A DNA stretch of 64,000 nucleotides from Candidatus Adlerbacteria bacterium (GCA_028286685.1 JAQBRA010000002.1:65073-129072), one strand, 5' to 3'; positions 38,400-49,520 are shown, counted from the stretch's first letter. Numbers and translations: made by a program. The notes: generated by a model not told the origin, from the letters alone.

Positions 38400-38668
38400 T
38401 CTTAAACAATTTTAATACAAAGCGACAGTTTCTATTAGATTATGTACAGAACGTAACTTACTGGGACGACAAGATTGAACTTCGCGGATTTGTACCAGTG
38501 AAGTCAAAAGCTTACGCAGATGGAGAAAGTCGAAGTGAATTAGGAAAACTGGAATTCCGCATAAGTGGACATCTTCCAAGGATTGGAGGGATAAAGATTG
38601 AAAGAAGACCTTACGCCTCAACAGAGGTTATAGGCAGGAAGGAGTATGATCTATTGGCTTCCAGTTAA
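38400..38668 (+). pseudogene. possible C-terminal remnant of a large serine recombinase
   Basis: TKRQFLLDYVQNVTYWDDKIELRGFVP resembles recombinase C-termini (from recall only); no catalytic domain; at the island edge. Confidence 0.4.
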
Positions 38669-38886
38669 ACTAATTTGAGAAAAAGAAGTAGGAACCATAC
38701 TGAAAATATTAGGCTACTTAGAACCAATCTAAAGGAATGTATTTGGAACAAGAAATCCCTGTCCTCCTTTTCAAAGTTTAAGAAAACTTTTGTACGAACC
38801 TTATAAGAGAACGGCTCGGAAACCATCATTCCAATACTTGTAAGAAACACTAGAAAACTAAACGCAGATAAGATTAACCAAATCAT
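38665..38886 (-). CDS. small 2-TM protein (orphan immunity candidate)
   Basis: AT-rich, hydrophobic, co-directional downstream of the RHS gene. Confidence 0.6.
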   Translation of the reverse strand: MIWLILSAFSFLVFLTSIGMMVSEPFSYKVRTKVFLNFEKEDRDFLFQIHSFRLVLSSLIFSVWFLLLFLKLV

Positions 38887-38938
38887 AAATATTTTTAATT
38901 ATCTATACTTCCCGTCCCTGAATCTAGAGTATTATTAT

Positions 38939-39208
38939 TTATTTTTTGAAAAAATGCTTATACCCCATTCTCAAAGTCACGACAAACAAAACAGAAAGAA
39001 TAATAATTCCCACCCAAGATCTTACCAAGTTTACCTCTGGAGGAAAATAATTTGATAAACGAGTCAAGATAGCGAAAAAGAGAGCAACTAGTGCACCTAT
39101 GCTTAAAAAGAGGTCTTCTTTATCGTTACTTTTATTCCAGTTATAGAGGCAAAAAATAACAAGAGCAACACCGAGTGCTGGAAAGATTAAAACTTCAAAG
39201 TGTAGCAT
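38939..39208 (-). CDS. small 3-TM protein (orphan immunity candidate)
   Basis: AT-rich, hydrophobic, part of the same array. Confidence 0.65.
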   Translation of the reverse strand: MLHFEVLIFPALGVALVIFCLYNWNKSNDKEDLFLSIGALVALFFAILTRLSNYFPPEVNLVRSWVGIIILSVLFVVTLRMGYKHFFKK

Positions 39209-39221
39209 TTACTTTTTTAAA

Positions 39222-39425
39222 CTACTTATCCGAAGGCGGAGATTTGAGTTTGACTACCAACATCGCTAGAGCGGCAATACCAAAGCAGACTACAAAAATG
39301 GTAATTAGGTCGTGAAAAATATTACTGACCTGGACGAGGGCAATTATTGTCACAGCGAATACCACCCACCCCTCCCATGAGGCCGGGTATAATCCTTTAT
39401 CTTTTTTGAACCAGTATTTATTCAT
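39222..39425 (-). CDS. small 2-TM protein (WF..YPASWEGW type)
   Basis: YWFKK..PASWEGW plus two TM helices. Confidence 0.7.
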   Translation of the reverse strand: MNKYWFKKDKGLYPASWEGWVVFAVTIIALVQVSNIFHDLITIFVVCFGIAALAMLVVKLKSPPSDK

Positions 39426-39436
39426 AAGTAATATAA

Positions 39437-39916
39437 TTACACATTTCCAGCAAGTTTTTCAGCATAACCACTAAGTTCTATATTAGGATTTAGTTGTTTA
39501 AGATCTTTAACAAGTCTACCAAGAGTTTTTTCTGAAAACAGAGTGATGCGAAACTCAATATACTTTATACTCCCATCCTGGTCTTTATAAAAAATATAAA
39601 GGGACCGAAATGATCCTTTAGCTGTTTTATAAGTTGCCTGGTCATTGATTTCAGTTATTGAGTCGATATTAACGGTTCTTCGATAAAAAAAGAGATAGAC
39701 GTATGTGAGAGTGTTGTTTGTGATAGATGCATATGAATAACAAGTGGTAATAAGTAGAAAAAAGGCCCAAAATATTACCCAAATTAATAGCCCCTTAATA
39801 GCGACATCCGTACCAAGATCAGGGTTACGGTTTAGATATAAAGTAAATGCCATTAATACACCAGCACTAACTCCAATCATAAGAATACTCTTCCAGTCAG
39901 TAGTATACTTTTTCAT
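39437..39916 (-). CDS. 2-TM protein with soluble C-terminal domain; cognate immunity candidate
   Basis: Start overlaps the RHS stop (ATGA). Confidence 0.75.
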   Translation of the reverse strand: MKKYTTDWKSILMIGVSAGVLMAFTLYLNRNPDLGTDVAIKGLLIWVIFWAFFLLITTCYSYASITNNTLTYVYLFFYRRTVNIDSITEINDQATYKTAKGSFRSLYIFYKDQDGSIKYIEFRITLFSEKTLGRLVKDLKQLNPNIELSGYAEKLAGNV

Positions 39917-42900
39917 TTTTTATCATTCTTAACCTTAAAAGCACTCATGAGATTTTGGACTGCCTTTGCTTGTGTTGAATTTGTAGGAGCAAAAGCATTT
40001 CGAATACTCGAAAAGAGTGAAGCTTGAGACTGTCCACCTTGGTACATTTGACCTGCATTACTTTGAACATTTCCATAGTAAGTATCAATACCTACTCCAA
40101 AGGCAGCCTCTTGCGCATACCGTTGCGCATGAGCACCAGTATAATATGTACTTCCTAGAACTTTAGTGGCTTGTACTCCTCTTACCTGAGGGAGACCTTT
40201 TAGATAACCAGCCGTCAACCCAGTGACTGCTCCATCAGCGACAGCTTGCACTGCACCCTCTGGAGTAATGGTGCCATTTTGCAAGTAGTTTTCTCCGAGG
40301 GAAATGGTGGAAGCTGTTCCTGCGCCCGCCCACGGACTTACAGCTGTAGCAAGTCCTATAACTGCTCCCTTACTCATTGATGTGCCGTATGCTCCAAAGC
40401 CACTAAATTGGCCTGATTGGAGATCAGAAATACCTTGGTATATACCTCCTCCAATACCACCCAGCACGAAACCAGCCGCGAGCACTTGAGGGATAAATCG
40501 TCCAGATGGATCCTTATTAAGGATCGGATTATTCCCTGCGTAAGAATAACTATTCTGTAGTTGAGGATTGATAAGCGCAGCCTTTCCGTCCTGAGTCTGC
40601 CCTATCTCCCAGAAGACTGGGTCTTGGCTCAAGAACTGACCACGTCCCCCGTCGTAATAACGTGCATTTAGATAATTGAGCCCCGAGAGCTCGTCCGCCA
40701 CCTCCCCTATATACTCCCGCTGGCTCACGTCCGTGCCAGTTTCTGCCTGTACCGAGCCGAAGGGATAGTAGGCCAGGGATTGGACCGGAGCGCCACTCTG
40801 GTCGGTTACCACATGGGTAGAGCCCAGGTGGTCGGTGTGTATGTACCGGGTAGTGCCCCCTGCCCCGCCGGAGATGCTTATCAGGCGTATATCGTCGTAG
40901 TAGACCGTGCCGGTGGAGTCCTTTTGGAACACGAAGCCCGTGGTCATCGCGCCTGCGATGCCCAAGTCCGCTAGCGGGATGTCTATGCTGTACCAGGTGT
41001 TGGCCGCTATGGTGCCGCCGGAGACGTAGGAAGAGAGCTGGACCGTGTTGGCCGGAGAACCGCCTGAGTTGTAGCCGATGACTTGCAGGAGCGGCGAGGC
41101 GGAGGTGGAGCGGAACGCCAGGCGCAGGTGAGTAGAACCTACCGTGCTTATGCCCGCATTATGAAGATATAGCCCGCCCCACGCTTCGGTGTACGTAACC
41201 GCTATGGAATTAGAGCCTGCGTATGTCGGACTGGTATTGCTGAAGTTCTGCGTCGAGCCCCACGACCAGTTGTCCCATGAGGTGGTATCGGCGTAGATAG
41301 TCTGGGTTGTGGAAGCCGTGGGCGACCCAACGCTCGCGGATGATTTTTCCACGGTCGACACCAGCATGCCGGCGGCGTAGATGTTCTTAGTAGTAGTGCC
41401 CGCCCCGCCCGCCATGGCGCTATAGAGCCTGTTGGGGAAATAGGTGGTCTTTGAGCCCTCAACCAGCTTGATGCGGCTGCTTTCATGATCGTAGGAGTAC
41501 GTGGAGGTTGCCGTGCCGCTGCCCGCGCTTGCGAGGCGGTTGGCATAGTCCCATGCGTAGGCAAATCCGCCGCCCGAGGCAAGGTTGCCGTTGTTGTCGT
41601 AGGCATAGGTAGAGCTGGCGATGCTTGTAGGCGCGTGAGGATTAGCGTAGCCAGTGCCCGCGTACGCATACGCTCCCACGTCGGACTTGGCAATAATATT
41701 TCCCAAGATGTCGTAGTTGTACGTCTGCGTATAGCCGCCTGAGGCCGTGGACGTGCTTGTCGAGCCTACGGACCAGAACGAGGACGGCGACGACATGTTG
41801 TTGTAACGAGTCGCCAAATAATTGTCGCTGCGGGCCGCACTATGCACGCGTATTTCGTCCAAGCGCCCATCAAGGCGCTCGCCGCCCGCGTAGTCGGCAC
41901 CAAAGCGCAGGACGTCGTTGGAGTTAAAGGTAGTGCCGGGCGTATCGGCCGTATAAGTATTGGCGCTCGAGCCGTTGGCGCGCACCGACGCCTCTGCAGT
42001 GGTGCTGGCCGGGTCGTGGCGCAGCGCGACATAGTACCAGGTGCCGGTTGCCATAGAGCCCGCATAGGTGCCCGCGTACGAAGTGCTGCTGGCAGCGCTT
42101 ATCCATTCGCCATCGAGCCGGTTAGTCGGGCTCGATACGTATGAGGAGTAGGAGCGCCAAGGCGAGGCAGTGTGCTTCTTGCTGATGAGCCGGGCATTTT
42201 CGCCACGCGCGCTCGGCGTCGCATCCATATATACCCAACCCTCAAGCGTCATGGACGCTCCTTCAAAATTGCTGCTATCGGGCACGTCGATAGTGTCGTC
42301 GACACCATCGAAGTTGGCAGCGGCGCCGAACTTGCCGGTAGTGGTACCTATGGCTGACGCCACATAGTTTGAATACATGGTGCCGTTATGGCTTCCCGAG
42401 GTTGAGTCTTTGATAGCTCCCCCGGTAGCGCTATTTTCCTCCAAATGCCAGACGCCCTCAGTATCGGAGTCATACACCTCCCGAGCTCCATAAGTGTTGC
42501 CCGCAGAATAGCAGTTAGCATCCGGGTTGCCGTAATAGACGTAGTATTGCGCAGACGAACTCGCAGAAAGGGCGTTGCCGGTCGAGAAGTGGAGCTGCCC
42601 TGCTCCGGCACCATAGGACACCAGGTCTATGGGCAGCTCAGTCGTGCCGTCTTGCTTGGTTACGCGGATATCGCAGCCATTGGCTTTGACCCCGGTATGG
42701 AAGCTTATAGGCAACAGCGACAAGTCGAGATAGACGTCTTTAGTATCTTCCAGCACCTTGGTAGAGCTGGCTGCCACCGGCACGCGATAATCCCAGTTCG
42801 GGTCGTACCAATCGGAAGAGGGGCCGACTGCATACTGTGCCTGAGCCAGACGGTACAAATCATCGTAATCGTAACTTGCTGTTTTTGGCGCTGTAGAGCT

Positions 42901-45900
42901 TGCCAGGTCGGAAATCTCCACAATATTGCCGACAGGGTCGTAGGTATAGTTGAAGTCCTGGAGGGTAAGGCCGGAGGAGTTTTTTGCCTGGACTCGCGAA
43001 AGTCGGTAGAGCGCAGCGGCATTATAGGTGCTGGTAGAGACATCGCCGTTGGCGTATGCCACGACCGCAGGCTTGCCCGTAGGGGCGTAGTCAATCCGCG
43101 TTACAACGCCCGCAAAAGAAGGCTCTCCGCTTTCTTTCTTCTGTACGGCATCAACAAGCCCGGCAGCATTATAGAAGTACGCAACCTGCGCCTGGTCGGG
43201 ATACGTCACGAGCGTCTGATTGCCTTGGCGGTCATACTCATAGGCAGTTGCAAATGCGGTCGTAGTACCGACCAAGGTTGAAGTAGCAGCCCTAACAAGG
43301 CCCGCAGGATTATATGCATATTGGACAAGAGAGTTGGTGGAGCTTGCCGTGCACAGCCTCCCTACCCCGTCTTGGCAGGAGTCATAGACGTAGGACACCT
43401 CCGTACCCGCCTGACCCGTGTAATTTTCTGATACGGGACGATTGAGCACATCGTAGGAATACTGGACCGTTTGGCCCTTTGCATCGATTTTTTGGGTAAG
43501 ATTGCCCGCCGCATCATAGCTATAAGTGGTCGAGCCGAATGAGGCATCTGCCGGAGCATGGAGATCTCCCGCAGAAGTGCGCCGGCCGAGGCCGTCATAC
43601 GCAAAGCTGCGCACATTGCCCGCAGCGTCGGTCAGACTCACAAGACTGCCCGTAAGATCCCACGCATAGGTAGTGGTATACGGCGTCCCCGAAAGATACT
43701 CAACAACGCTTATAAGATTGCCGCGCGCGTCTTTTGTATATTCTTTTGCCTTATCATTAGCGTCCGTAGTGGTAGTCTTCCATTGGTCATAGGCATTGGT
43801 GGTCGTGCCCACGGCAGTCCCAACCCCCACCGCGCGCTGGAGCGGATCATACAGGTAGTTCGTGTAGAGCGTCCCAATCGAAGTGGCAGAGGAACGCGAG
43901 GAGCCCGAGGCAAAGTACGGCAAGCTTTCGGAAGACATGAGGCCCCTCCGGTCATACTTCCAATCCCTTACTGCAAACGTGCCCGCAACCTCGGCTTGCG
44001 AGCGCTCCTGGAATTTGCGGTTTAAGCCGTCAAAATACGTATAGCGCGAGGTGGTTGTAGCAGCGTTTAAGTACCTAGTTTCCTCTACGCTGGTGGAGCC
44101 CGGCGTGCTGCTGGCGCTGTACGCATAGGCAGTCGTAGTAGCGAGCGTACCAGTTAAAGGATCGGGCTCTTGCACAGCGAGCACCCTGTCCAGACCATCG
44201 TAAGCTTTTACATGCAGGCGCCCGTTGGGATCGGCAATCTGGCGCACCTGGCCGGAAGAATAGTCGTACAAATACCCGGTTGCCTGACTAAGCGCGTTGG
44301 TGGTAGTCGCTGGATACAGGTTGAACGCATCATAGGCGTAGGCTGTAAGATTTGACTTGGCGTCACGCTCCTGAGTTACCAGGCCATAGGTACCGTACAC
44401 CTTGGTGGTAGACGCGTAGGCAGAAGCGGCAATCCAATCCTCCTTTTTAGTCAGATTACCTTTGACCAGACTGCCAAGCGTCTGGTTGTCATAGTAATAG
44501 CGCGCCTCTTTTATTTTGGCTCCGCTCTGATTATGCGTAAGCTCGCTTGACGGAAGACCGACAAGAGTCGAGCTCGCCGCGTAGGAGATAGTCGTTGAGG
44601 CAAGATCGCTGCCAGTATCGCTAAAAGTGCCGTCGCCCGAGCCGGTTACCTCGCCCCAGTCGATCTTTTGAACCAGGTTACCATTGGTATTGTTGTAGGC
44701 ATACGAGACAGCCTTGTCTTTATGGTCGGAATCACCGTCATACTCCTGCTCGAGTGCCTGTGTTGTTTTGACGAACCTAGCTTCCCCGCCACGGTCATGA
44801 GTCTCCCACTTATTTATATTTGACTTAAACAGGTCGCCGGAACTATCGGAAACATCCGTACGGAATACTTTGCCTATCTTTGAGCGGTCGTCAGAGTATT
44901 CTCCCAAAGAAGATTCTGAGGCATTGCCTTGGTGATAGCGGGTAACGACCGTATCCCCTACTGCATCAGTCTTGGTTATAGACCCAAAGCCCGCAATGCG
45001 CCTATCAAACGGATTGTCGAAGTAAAAGTCACCGTCTGCGTACTCGAACGTATCGGTACTGGTCGCAGAGAGACCGTCACTGATTTCAACCTTCTCAAGG
45101 GTCGTTAGTGTCGCTGGAAGCGAGGGATTGAGCAACTCATCGCTGTCATCCCTGTATTGCGCACTGCCTTTGTAGGCCACACTAATAGTGCCGCCTGTCT
45201 GATTAATCACCCGGGAGAGCAAGTCGGGTTCCTGGCCCTGGGATATAAATTGACTGTCCTGCTCCCAGGAATAGAAATGGGGCTGGCCCCAACCATACGC
45301 GACAAAATCGGCAATACCGTCGCCATTAAGGTCTGCAAACCGCACGCCGCCTTCTTGTCCGCTGTGCCGCAGCGCGACAGGCGCCCACCTGGAGTGATCT
45401 TGAATAAACCCAATGCCAGTATTGAGGTAAACGCTATTTCCCAGCCAATGAACAACCGGAGGGGTTGGATACGGCCCCACCTGAGCCTCGCTTGAGACCA
45501 CATCGGGCAAGCTATCTCCATTTATATCCACCAGGCGCGCAGATTGGCCGCCTATGTCTCCCGGCAACGACCACGCAGGATCAGATGACCAGCCTGAGCC
45601 GGTATTGATATAAACGGAACCTTCTTGTGTTAGGTCGGCAAGATTGTCGCCATTGATGTCGGCCACCTGGCCGCGACTATTACCGTTATGGTTACTGTTT
45701 CCAAAGAGTATAGTTGTTGTCGGGAACGCCCACCCAACAGCCGTGGTCCAACCAGCCCCCGTATTGAGATATATGCTTTGCGAGTATGTTGTAGCCCCAG
45801 TGAAGGCGTTTATATTTGCGAAAGAGCGCAACACGTCAATCAATCCGTCGCCATCTATATCGCCGAAGCGCACGCCATTATCATACAAGCCCTCGAATCT

Positions 45901-47520
45901 TATACTTAAAGGCAACGACCATGCACTTGCCGACCAATTGCTACCGGTATTGAGATATACATTCGTGTCGCATATGAAATCAGGCAGGAGGTCTCCGTTG
46001 ACGTCCGCTAGCCGGCCTCCCCCATCGAATAAATAATTGTTAGATTCGAGATAGGTGAACGTGCACGGAGGAGTCCAGCCCGAGTCGAGAGTCCAACTCT
46101 CGCCGTTATTTATGTATACATGGCGATAAACGTCATAACCATTCCTACCGTTCCACGCATCATAAGCTTGCACCTCATCTGCAAGCCCGTCGCCATTAAT
46201 ATCGACAACATTGACGCCCTTATCCCAGCCATCTCCGACGAAACCAGTAGCCATAGGCTGGGTCCACGTAGTCGTGGCCCACGTTTTAGAAGACTCCGTA
46301 TAACCAAAGGCTGTCTGCGGCAAAGCGATCGGCGTAGAACTTCCTTCGGCCTGGCCTGCTTCTGTAACACTGGCTAATATAAGCCTGGAATCGTTGTCCC
46401 CAGCACGATAAGTAAGAGTATAAGCATGAACAGTATCGCCACTCACCTTGGCTGTGATGGCGTCTATCTTGTATTTGGTCTTTACCGTAAAACCGGTAGC
46501 AGTAGAAGTGGCTGTGGAAGTGGCACGCAAACTTTTGGCAAAGTCGACTGAAAATATGCCTGTACTAGAGCCGCTGCCCGTATAGGAAATTGATGCCGGA
46601 TAGATTTGGCCGGAATCCTTAGAATAAGAGTAGATTATCGTGTTGCCGTTAGAGTCCGTTACCTGCTGCAGCATCCATTTAAATATTCTCCCAGAGTTAC
46701 CTGGATCATCCTGCCTCCCGCTGGTTGAAGTGCCGAAAAGATACGTTTTGCCGGTTTTATCCGTTACAGTCCAAGCATTGCCACTGAATGAATAAGACAA
46801 ATTTGAACCATCATCATCGCGCGCCACAAACAAGGTCGAAGTTGAAGTTGTAGCCAACTCGCCCGACATCGAGGAGGAGAAATAGACCGGCGACGTCGTC
46901 GCGTACAGCGTACCGAGGCCTTTTTTGTTTATGCGCTCAATATACGGGATAGGCATATCCCAACCATATCCGTAAAAATCGTCGTCATGGTGCGATTGGG
47001 ACGAGTACACAAGCTTAAGATCCGGCTCCATGCCACTGCGCCCTGGCGGCACCTTCAGCGGGACCTGGTAGAGATACGCTCCCGTATATGATTCGGATGA
47101 GCTGTCCGGCACGCTCCCCAGCGCAGCACTTTGCCTGATAAATGAAGGCAGATTGTCGTCAACGGCGCTTGCCGAACTAAGCGACTGGGGTTCAGGAGTG
47201 AGGGAGTCCATTGACTCAACCGTGGAGGGTTCTGTAAAACTTTCCTCAAGGACTGATTCCTGCTCTGTCGGCGAACTAACAGGAACTGCCGCCGGTTCAA
47301 TAATCGGCCCTTCTTCTATGGGAAATATTGGGTCAGGCAGCGGACTTGTCTGAAATTCAGGTATTTGAACTTGCGAAGAATTCGGGGGGATAATTTCTGC
47401 CTCTTGGGCATACACTTGCACTAAAGGCGTGCCTGCCAAAGACAAAACTAAGCCAAAAGCAATTGCGCGAACCAAAAACTGACCGGGAGTTGCGCGGAAA
47501 GAAATGCCTCCTCTGCTCAT
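39913..47520 (-). CDS. SpvB/FG-GAP/RHS (YD-repeat) polymorphic toxin-like protein with DUF2341-LamG and CBM-like inserts
   Basis: Signal peptide; VPPGRSGMEPDLKLVYSS (SpvB); six DxxGDxLxD-type repeats; YD repeats; HTDHLGS, YLNARYYD, NPILNKDPSG core. Confidence 0.95.
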   Translation of the reverse strand: MSRGGISFRATPGQFLVRAIAFGLVLSLAGTPLVQVYAQEAEIIPPNSSQVQIPEFQTSPLPDPIFPIEEGPIIEPAAVPVSSPTEQESVLEESFTEPSTVESMDSLTPEPQSLSSASAVDDNLPSFIRQSAALGSVPDSSSESYTGAYLYQVPLKVPPGRSGMEPDLKLVYSSQSHHDDDFYGYGWDMPIPYIERINKKGLGTLYATTSPVYFSSSMSGELATTSTSTLFVARDDDGSNLSYSFSGNAWTVTDKTGKTYLFGTSTSGRQDDPGNSGRIFKWMLQQVTDSNGNTIIYSYSKDSGQIYPASISYTGSGSSTGIFSVDFAKSLRATSTATSTATGFTVKTKYKIDAITAKVSGDTVHAYTLTYRAGDNDSRLILASVTEAGQAEGSSTPIALPQTAFGYTESSKTWATTTWTQPMATGFVGDGWDKGVNVVDINGDGLADEVQAYDAWNGRNGYDVYRHVYINNGESWTLDSGWTPPCTFTYLESNNYLFDGGGRLADVNGDLLPDFICDTNVYLNTGSNWSASAWSLPLSIRFEGLYDNGVRFGDIDGDGLIDVLRSFANINAFTGATTYSQSIYLNTGAGWTTAVGWAFPTTTILFGNSNHNGNSRGQVADINGDNLADLTQEGSVYINTGSGWSSDPAWSLPGDIGGQSARLVDINGDSLPDVVSSEAQVGPYPTPPVVHWLGNSVYLNTGIGFIQDHSRWAPVALRHSGQEGGVRFADLNGDGIADFVAYGWGQPHFYSWEQDSQFISQGQEPDLLSRVINQTGGTISVAYKGSAQYRDDSDELLNPSLPATLTTLEKVEISDGLSATSTDTFEYADGDFYFDNPFDRRIAGFGSITKTDAVGDTVVTRYHQGNASESSLGEYSDDRSKIGKVFRTDVSDSSGDLFKSNINKWETHDRGGEARFVKTTQALEQEYDGDSDHKDKAVSYAYNNTNGNLVQKIDWGEVTGSGDGTFSDTGSDLASTTISYAASSTLVGLPSSELTHNQSGAKIKEARYYYDNQTLGSLVKGNLTKKEDWIAASAYASTTKVYGTYGLVTQERDAKSNLTAYAYDAFNLYPATTTNALSQATGYLYDYSSGQVRQIADPNGRLHVKAYDGLDRVLAVQEPDPLTGTLATTTAYAYSASSTPGSTSVEETRYLNAATTTSRYTYFDGLNRKFQERSQAEVAGTFAVRDWKYDRRGLMSSESLPYFASGSSRSSATSIGTLYTNYLYDPLQRAVGVGTAVGTTTNAYDQWKTTTTDANDKAKEYTKDARGNLISVVEYLSGTPYTTTYAWDLTGSLVSLTDAAGNVRSFAYDGLGRRTSAGDLHAPADASFGSTTYSYDAAGNLTQKIDAKGQTVQYSYDVLNRPVSENYTGQAGTEVSYVYDSCQDGVGRLCTASSTNSLVQYAYNPAGLVRAATSTLVGTTTAFATAYEYDRQGNQTLVTYPDQAQVAYFYNAAGLVDAVQKKESGEPSFAGVVTRIDYAPTGKPAVVAYANGDVSTSTYNAAALYRLSRVQAKNSSGLTLQDFNYTYDPVGNIVEISDLASSTAPKTASYDYDDLYRLAQAQYAVGPSSDWYDPNWDYRVPVAASSTKVLEDTKDVYLDLSLLPISFHTGVKANGCDIRVTKQDGTTELPIDLVSYGAGAGQLHFSTGNALSASSSAQYYVYYGNPDANCYSAGNTYGAREVYDSDTEGVWHLEENSATGGAIKDSTSGSHNGTMYSNYVASAIGTTTGKFGAAANFDGVDDTIDVPDSSNFEGASMTLEGWVYMDATPSARGENARLISKKHTASPWRSYSSYVSSPTNRLDGEWISAASSTSYAGTYAGSMATGTWYYVALRHDPASTTAEASVRANGSSANTYTADTPGTTFNSNDVLRFGADYAGGERLDGRLDEIRVHSAARSDNYLATRYNNMSSPSSFWSVGSTSTSTASGGYTQTYNYDILGNIIAKSDVGAYAYAGTGYANPHAPTSIASSTYAYDNNGNLASGGGFAYAWDYANRLASAGSGTATSTYSYDHESSRIKLVEGSKTTYFPNRLYSAMAGGAGTTTKNIYAAGMLVSTVEKSSASVGSPTASTTQTIYADTTSWDNWSWGSTQNFSNTSPTYAGSNSIAVTYTEAWGGLYLHNAGISTVGSTHLRLAFRSTSASPLLQVIGYNSGGSPANTVQLSSYVSGGTIAANTWYSIDIPLADLGIAGAMTTGFVFQKDSTGTVYYDDIRLISISGGAGGTTRYIHTDHLGSTHVVTDQSGAPVQSLAYYPFGSVQAETGTDVSQREYIGEVADELSGLNYLNARYYDGGRGQFLSQDPVFWEIGQTQDGKAALINPQLQNSYSYAGNNPILNKDPSGRFIPQVLAAGFVLGGIGGGIYQGISDLQSGQFSGFGAYGTSMSKGAVIGLATAVSPWAGAGTASTISLGENYLQNGTITPEGAVQAVADGAVTGLTAGYLKGLPQVRGVQATKVLGSTYYTGAHAQRYAQEAAFGVGIDTYYGNVQSNAGQMYQGGQSQASLFSSIRNAFAPTNSTQAKAVQNLMSAFKVKNDKK

Positions 47521-47611
47521 AAAATATTAATGAAATAAATAATACCCCAATCATGAGGTATTAATATGAAGTTTTTATGAAGTTGTCAGAAAAACCTTTA
47601 AATACGGCTGC

Positions 47612-49375
47612 TTAGCGCGTGCGGCCGCCGGGCTGCTTGCGCAGGCGGATCGACTTGGGCGTAACCTCGAGGTATTCGTCGCCCTGCATTACCTCGAGCC
47701 CGCGCTCGATAGTAAGGGTAAACGGCGGAATGAGTTGTATTGCCTCATCCGAGCCCGATGCGCGCATGTTGGTGAGCTGCTTCCCTTTGGTCGGGTTGGC
47801 AAACATCTCATCGCCCTTGGAGGTATTGCCGATGATCATACCTTCGTACACCTCGGTAGCGGCGCCGATATAGAGCGCGCCGCGGTCCTGGAGGTTATAC
47901 AGCGAGAAGCCCAAGGCTTTTCCTGCGGCCATGGAAACCATCGAACCCACCGGGCGCTTCTCTATCTCGCCGGCGTACGGACGGAACTCGATAAAGCGCG
48001 AGGAGAAGATGCCTTCGCCCTTAGTGTCGAGCACGAACTGCGAGCGGAAGCCCAAGAGGCCGCGGGTCGGGCCCTCGAAGATCATGCGCACCACGCCCGA
48101 GCCCGGCTTCATATCCTTGAGTATCGCCTTGCGCTTGCCCAAGCGCTCGATGACGGAGCCCTGGTACTCTTCCGGAACGTCGATGATAACCTCTTCGTAC
48201 GGCTCCTCCTTGGTGCCGTTGTTGTCGTGGAAAATAACCTGGGGCTCTGACACCTGGAGCTCGTAGCCCTCGCGGCGCATATTCTCAAGAAGGATAGCGA
48301 TGTGGAGCTCGCCGCGGCCGTAGACGCGGAATGCCTCGGCCGAGGAAAAGTCCACCTTAAGGCCTACGTTGATCTCGAGCTCTTTCTCGAGGCGGTCGCG
48401 GATCTGTCGAGTGGTAACGAACTTGCCCTCGCGGCCGGCGAACGGCGAGTTGTTAACGAGGAAGTTAAGGCCGATGGTCGGCTCATCCACAGCAATAGTC
48501 GGGAGCATCTCTACCGTCTCCAGCTCCCCTACCGTGTCGCCGATGTAAACGTCGCCAAGGCCGGCAACGAGCACGATGTCTCCGGCCTGCGCCTCCGGGA
48601 TTTCGATGCGCTCAAGGCCCTTGAATGAAAATATTTTGATTACTTTGGCTACGTGGCTCTTGCCGTCCGGCTTCTTAACAAAGAGGCTCTGGCCAGTCTT
48701 AAGGATGCCCTCGTAAATGCGCACGACCGCGAGGCGGCCGAGGAAGTTGTCGTAGCCGAGGTTAAACGGCTGCATGCGCAAGGGCTTGCTTGCAAGCGAC
48801 TCGTCTACGGACGGCACGTGCTCAAGGATCGCATCCAAGAGCGGTGTGAGGTCCTTAGAATCGTCGTCGAGCTTCTTCTTGGCAATACCCTGGCGGCCGA
48901 TAGCGTAGATGACCGGAAAATTGGACTGCTCGTCGTTGGCGCCGAGTTCCAAGAAGAGCTCAAGCACCTGCTCCTCTGCCTGGGCCGGGTTGGCTGCAGG
49001 CTTGTCTATCTTGTTGATGATGACCATCGGCTTGAGGCCCAGCTCGAGGGACTTCTTAAGAACGAAGCGCGTCTGGGGCATCGGGCCCTCCTGAGCGTCG
49101 ACAACGAGGAGCACGGAGTCGATGGAACGCAGCACGCGCTCGACCTCGGAGCCGAAGTCGGCGTGGCCCGGCGTGTCGACGATGTTTATCTTGGTGCCCT
49201 TGTACTCGACGGCGGCGTTCTTGGCGTAAATGGTGATGCCGCGCTCGCGCTCAAGGTCGTTGGAGTCCATGGAGGTACCCTCGCCCGCAGCGCCGGTCTG
49301 GCGCATAAGTGCGTCAGTAAGGGTGGTCTTGCCGTGGTCCACGTGTGCGATGATGGCGATGTTGCGGATTTCCAT
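47612..49375 (-). CDS. typA: translational GTPase TypA/BipA
   Basis: [45 protein letters not shown]. Confidence 0.98.
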   Translation of the reverse strand: MEIRNIAIIAHVDHGKTTLTDALMRQTGAAGEGTSMDSNDLERERGITIYAKNAAVEYKGTKINIVDTPGHADFGSEVERVLRSIDSVLLVVDAQEGPMPQTRFVLKKSLELGLKPMVIINKIDKPAANPAQAEEQVLELFLELGANDEQSNFPVIYAIGRQGIAKKKLDDDSKDLTPLLDAILEHVPSVDESLASKPLRMQPFNLGYDNFLGRLAVVRIYEGILKTGQSLFVKKPDGKSHVAKVIKIFSFKGLERIEIPEAQAGDIVLVAGLGDVYIGDTVGELETVEMLPTIAVDEPTIGLNFLVNNSPFAGREGKFVTTRQIRDRLEKELEINVGLKVDFSSAEAFRVYGRGELHIAILLENMRREGYELQVSEPQVIFHDNNGTKEEPYEEVIIDVPEEYQGSVIERLGKRKAILKDMKPGSGVVRMIFEGPTRGLLGFRSQFVLDTKGEGIFSSRFIEFRPYAGEIEKRPVGSMVSMAAGKALGFSLYNLQDRGALYIGAATEVYEGMIIGNTSKGDEMFANPTKGKQLTNMRASGSDEAIQLIPPFTLTIERGLEVMQGDEYLEVTPKSIRLRKQPGGRTR

Positions 49376-49520
49376 AATAGTTTTAGCGATCTTTTTATAT
49401 ATGCTTGCGGGCGCCGCCGCAAACAAAAAAGCGCCTGGGCGCTCTCATATATATAGTATACGCCAAATGCGCGATAAGACAAGCCATCGCGCACGGGCAT
49501 ATATCCGGCTATTGGTCTGG

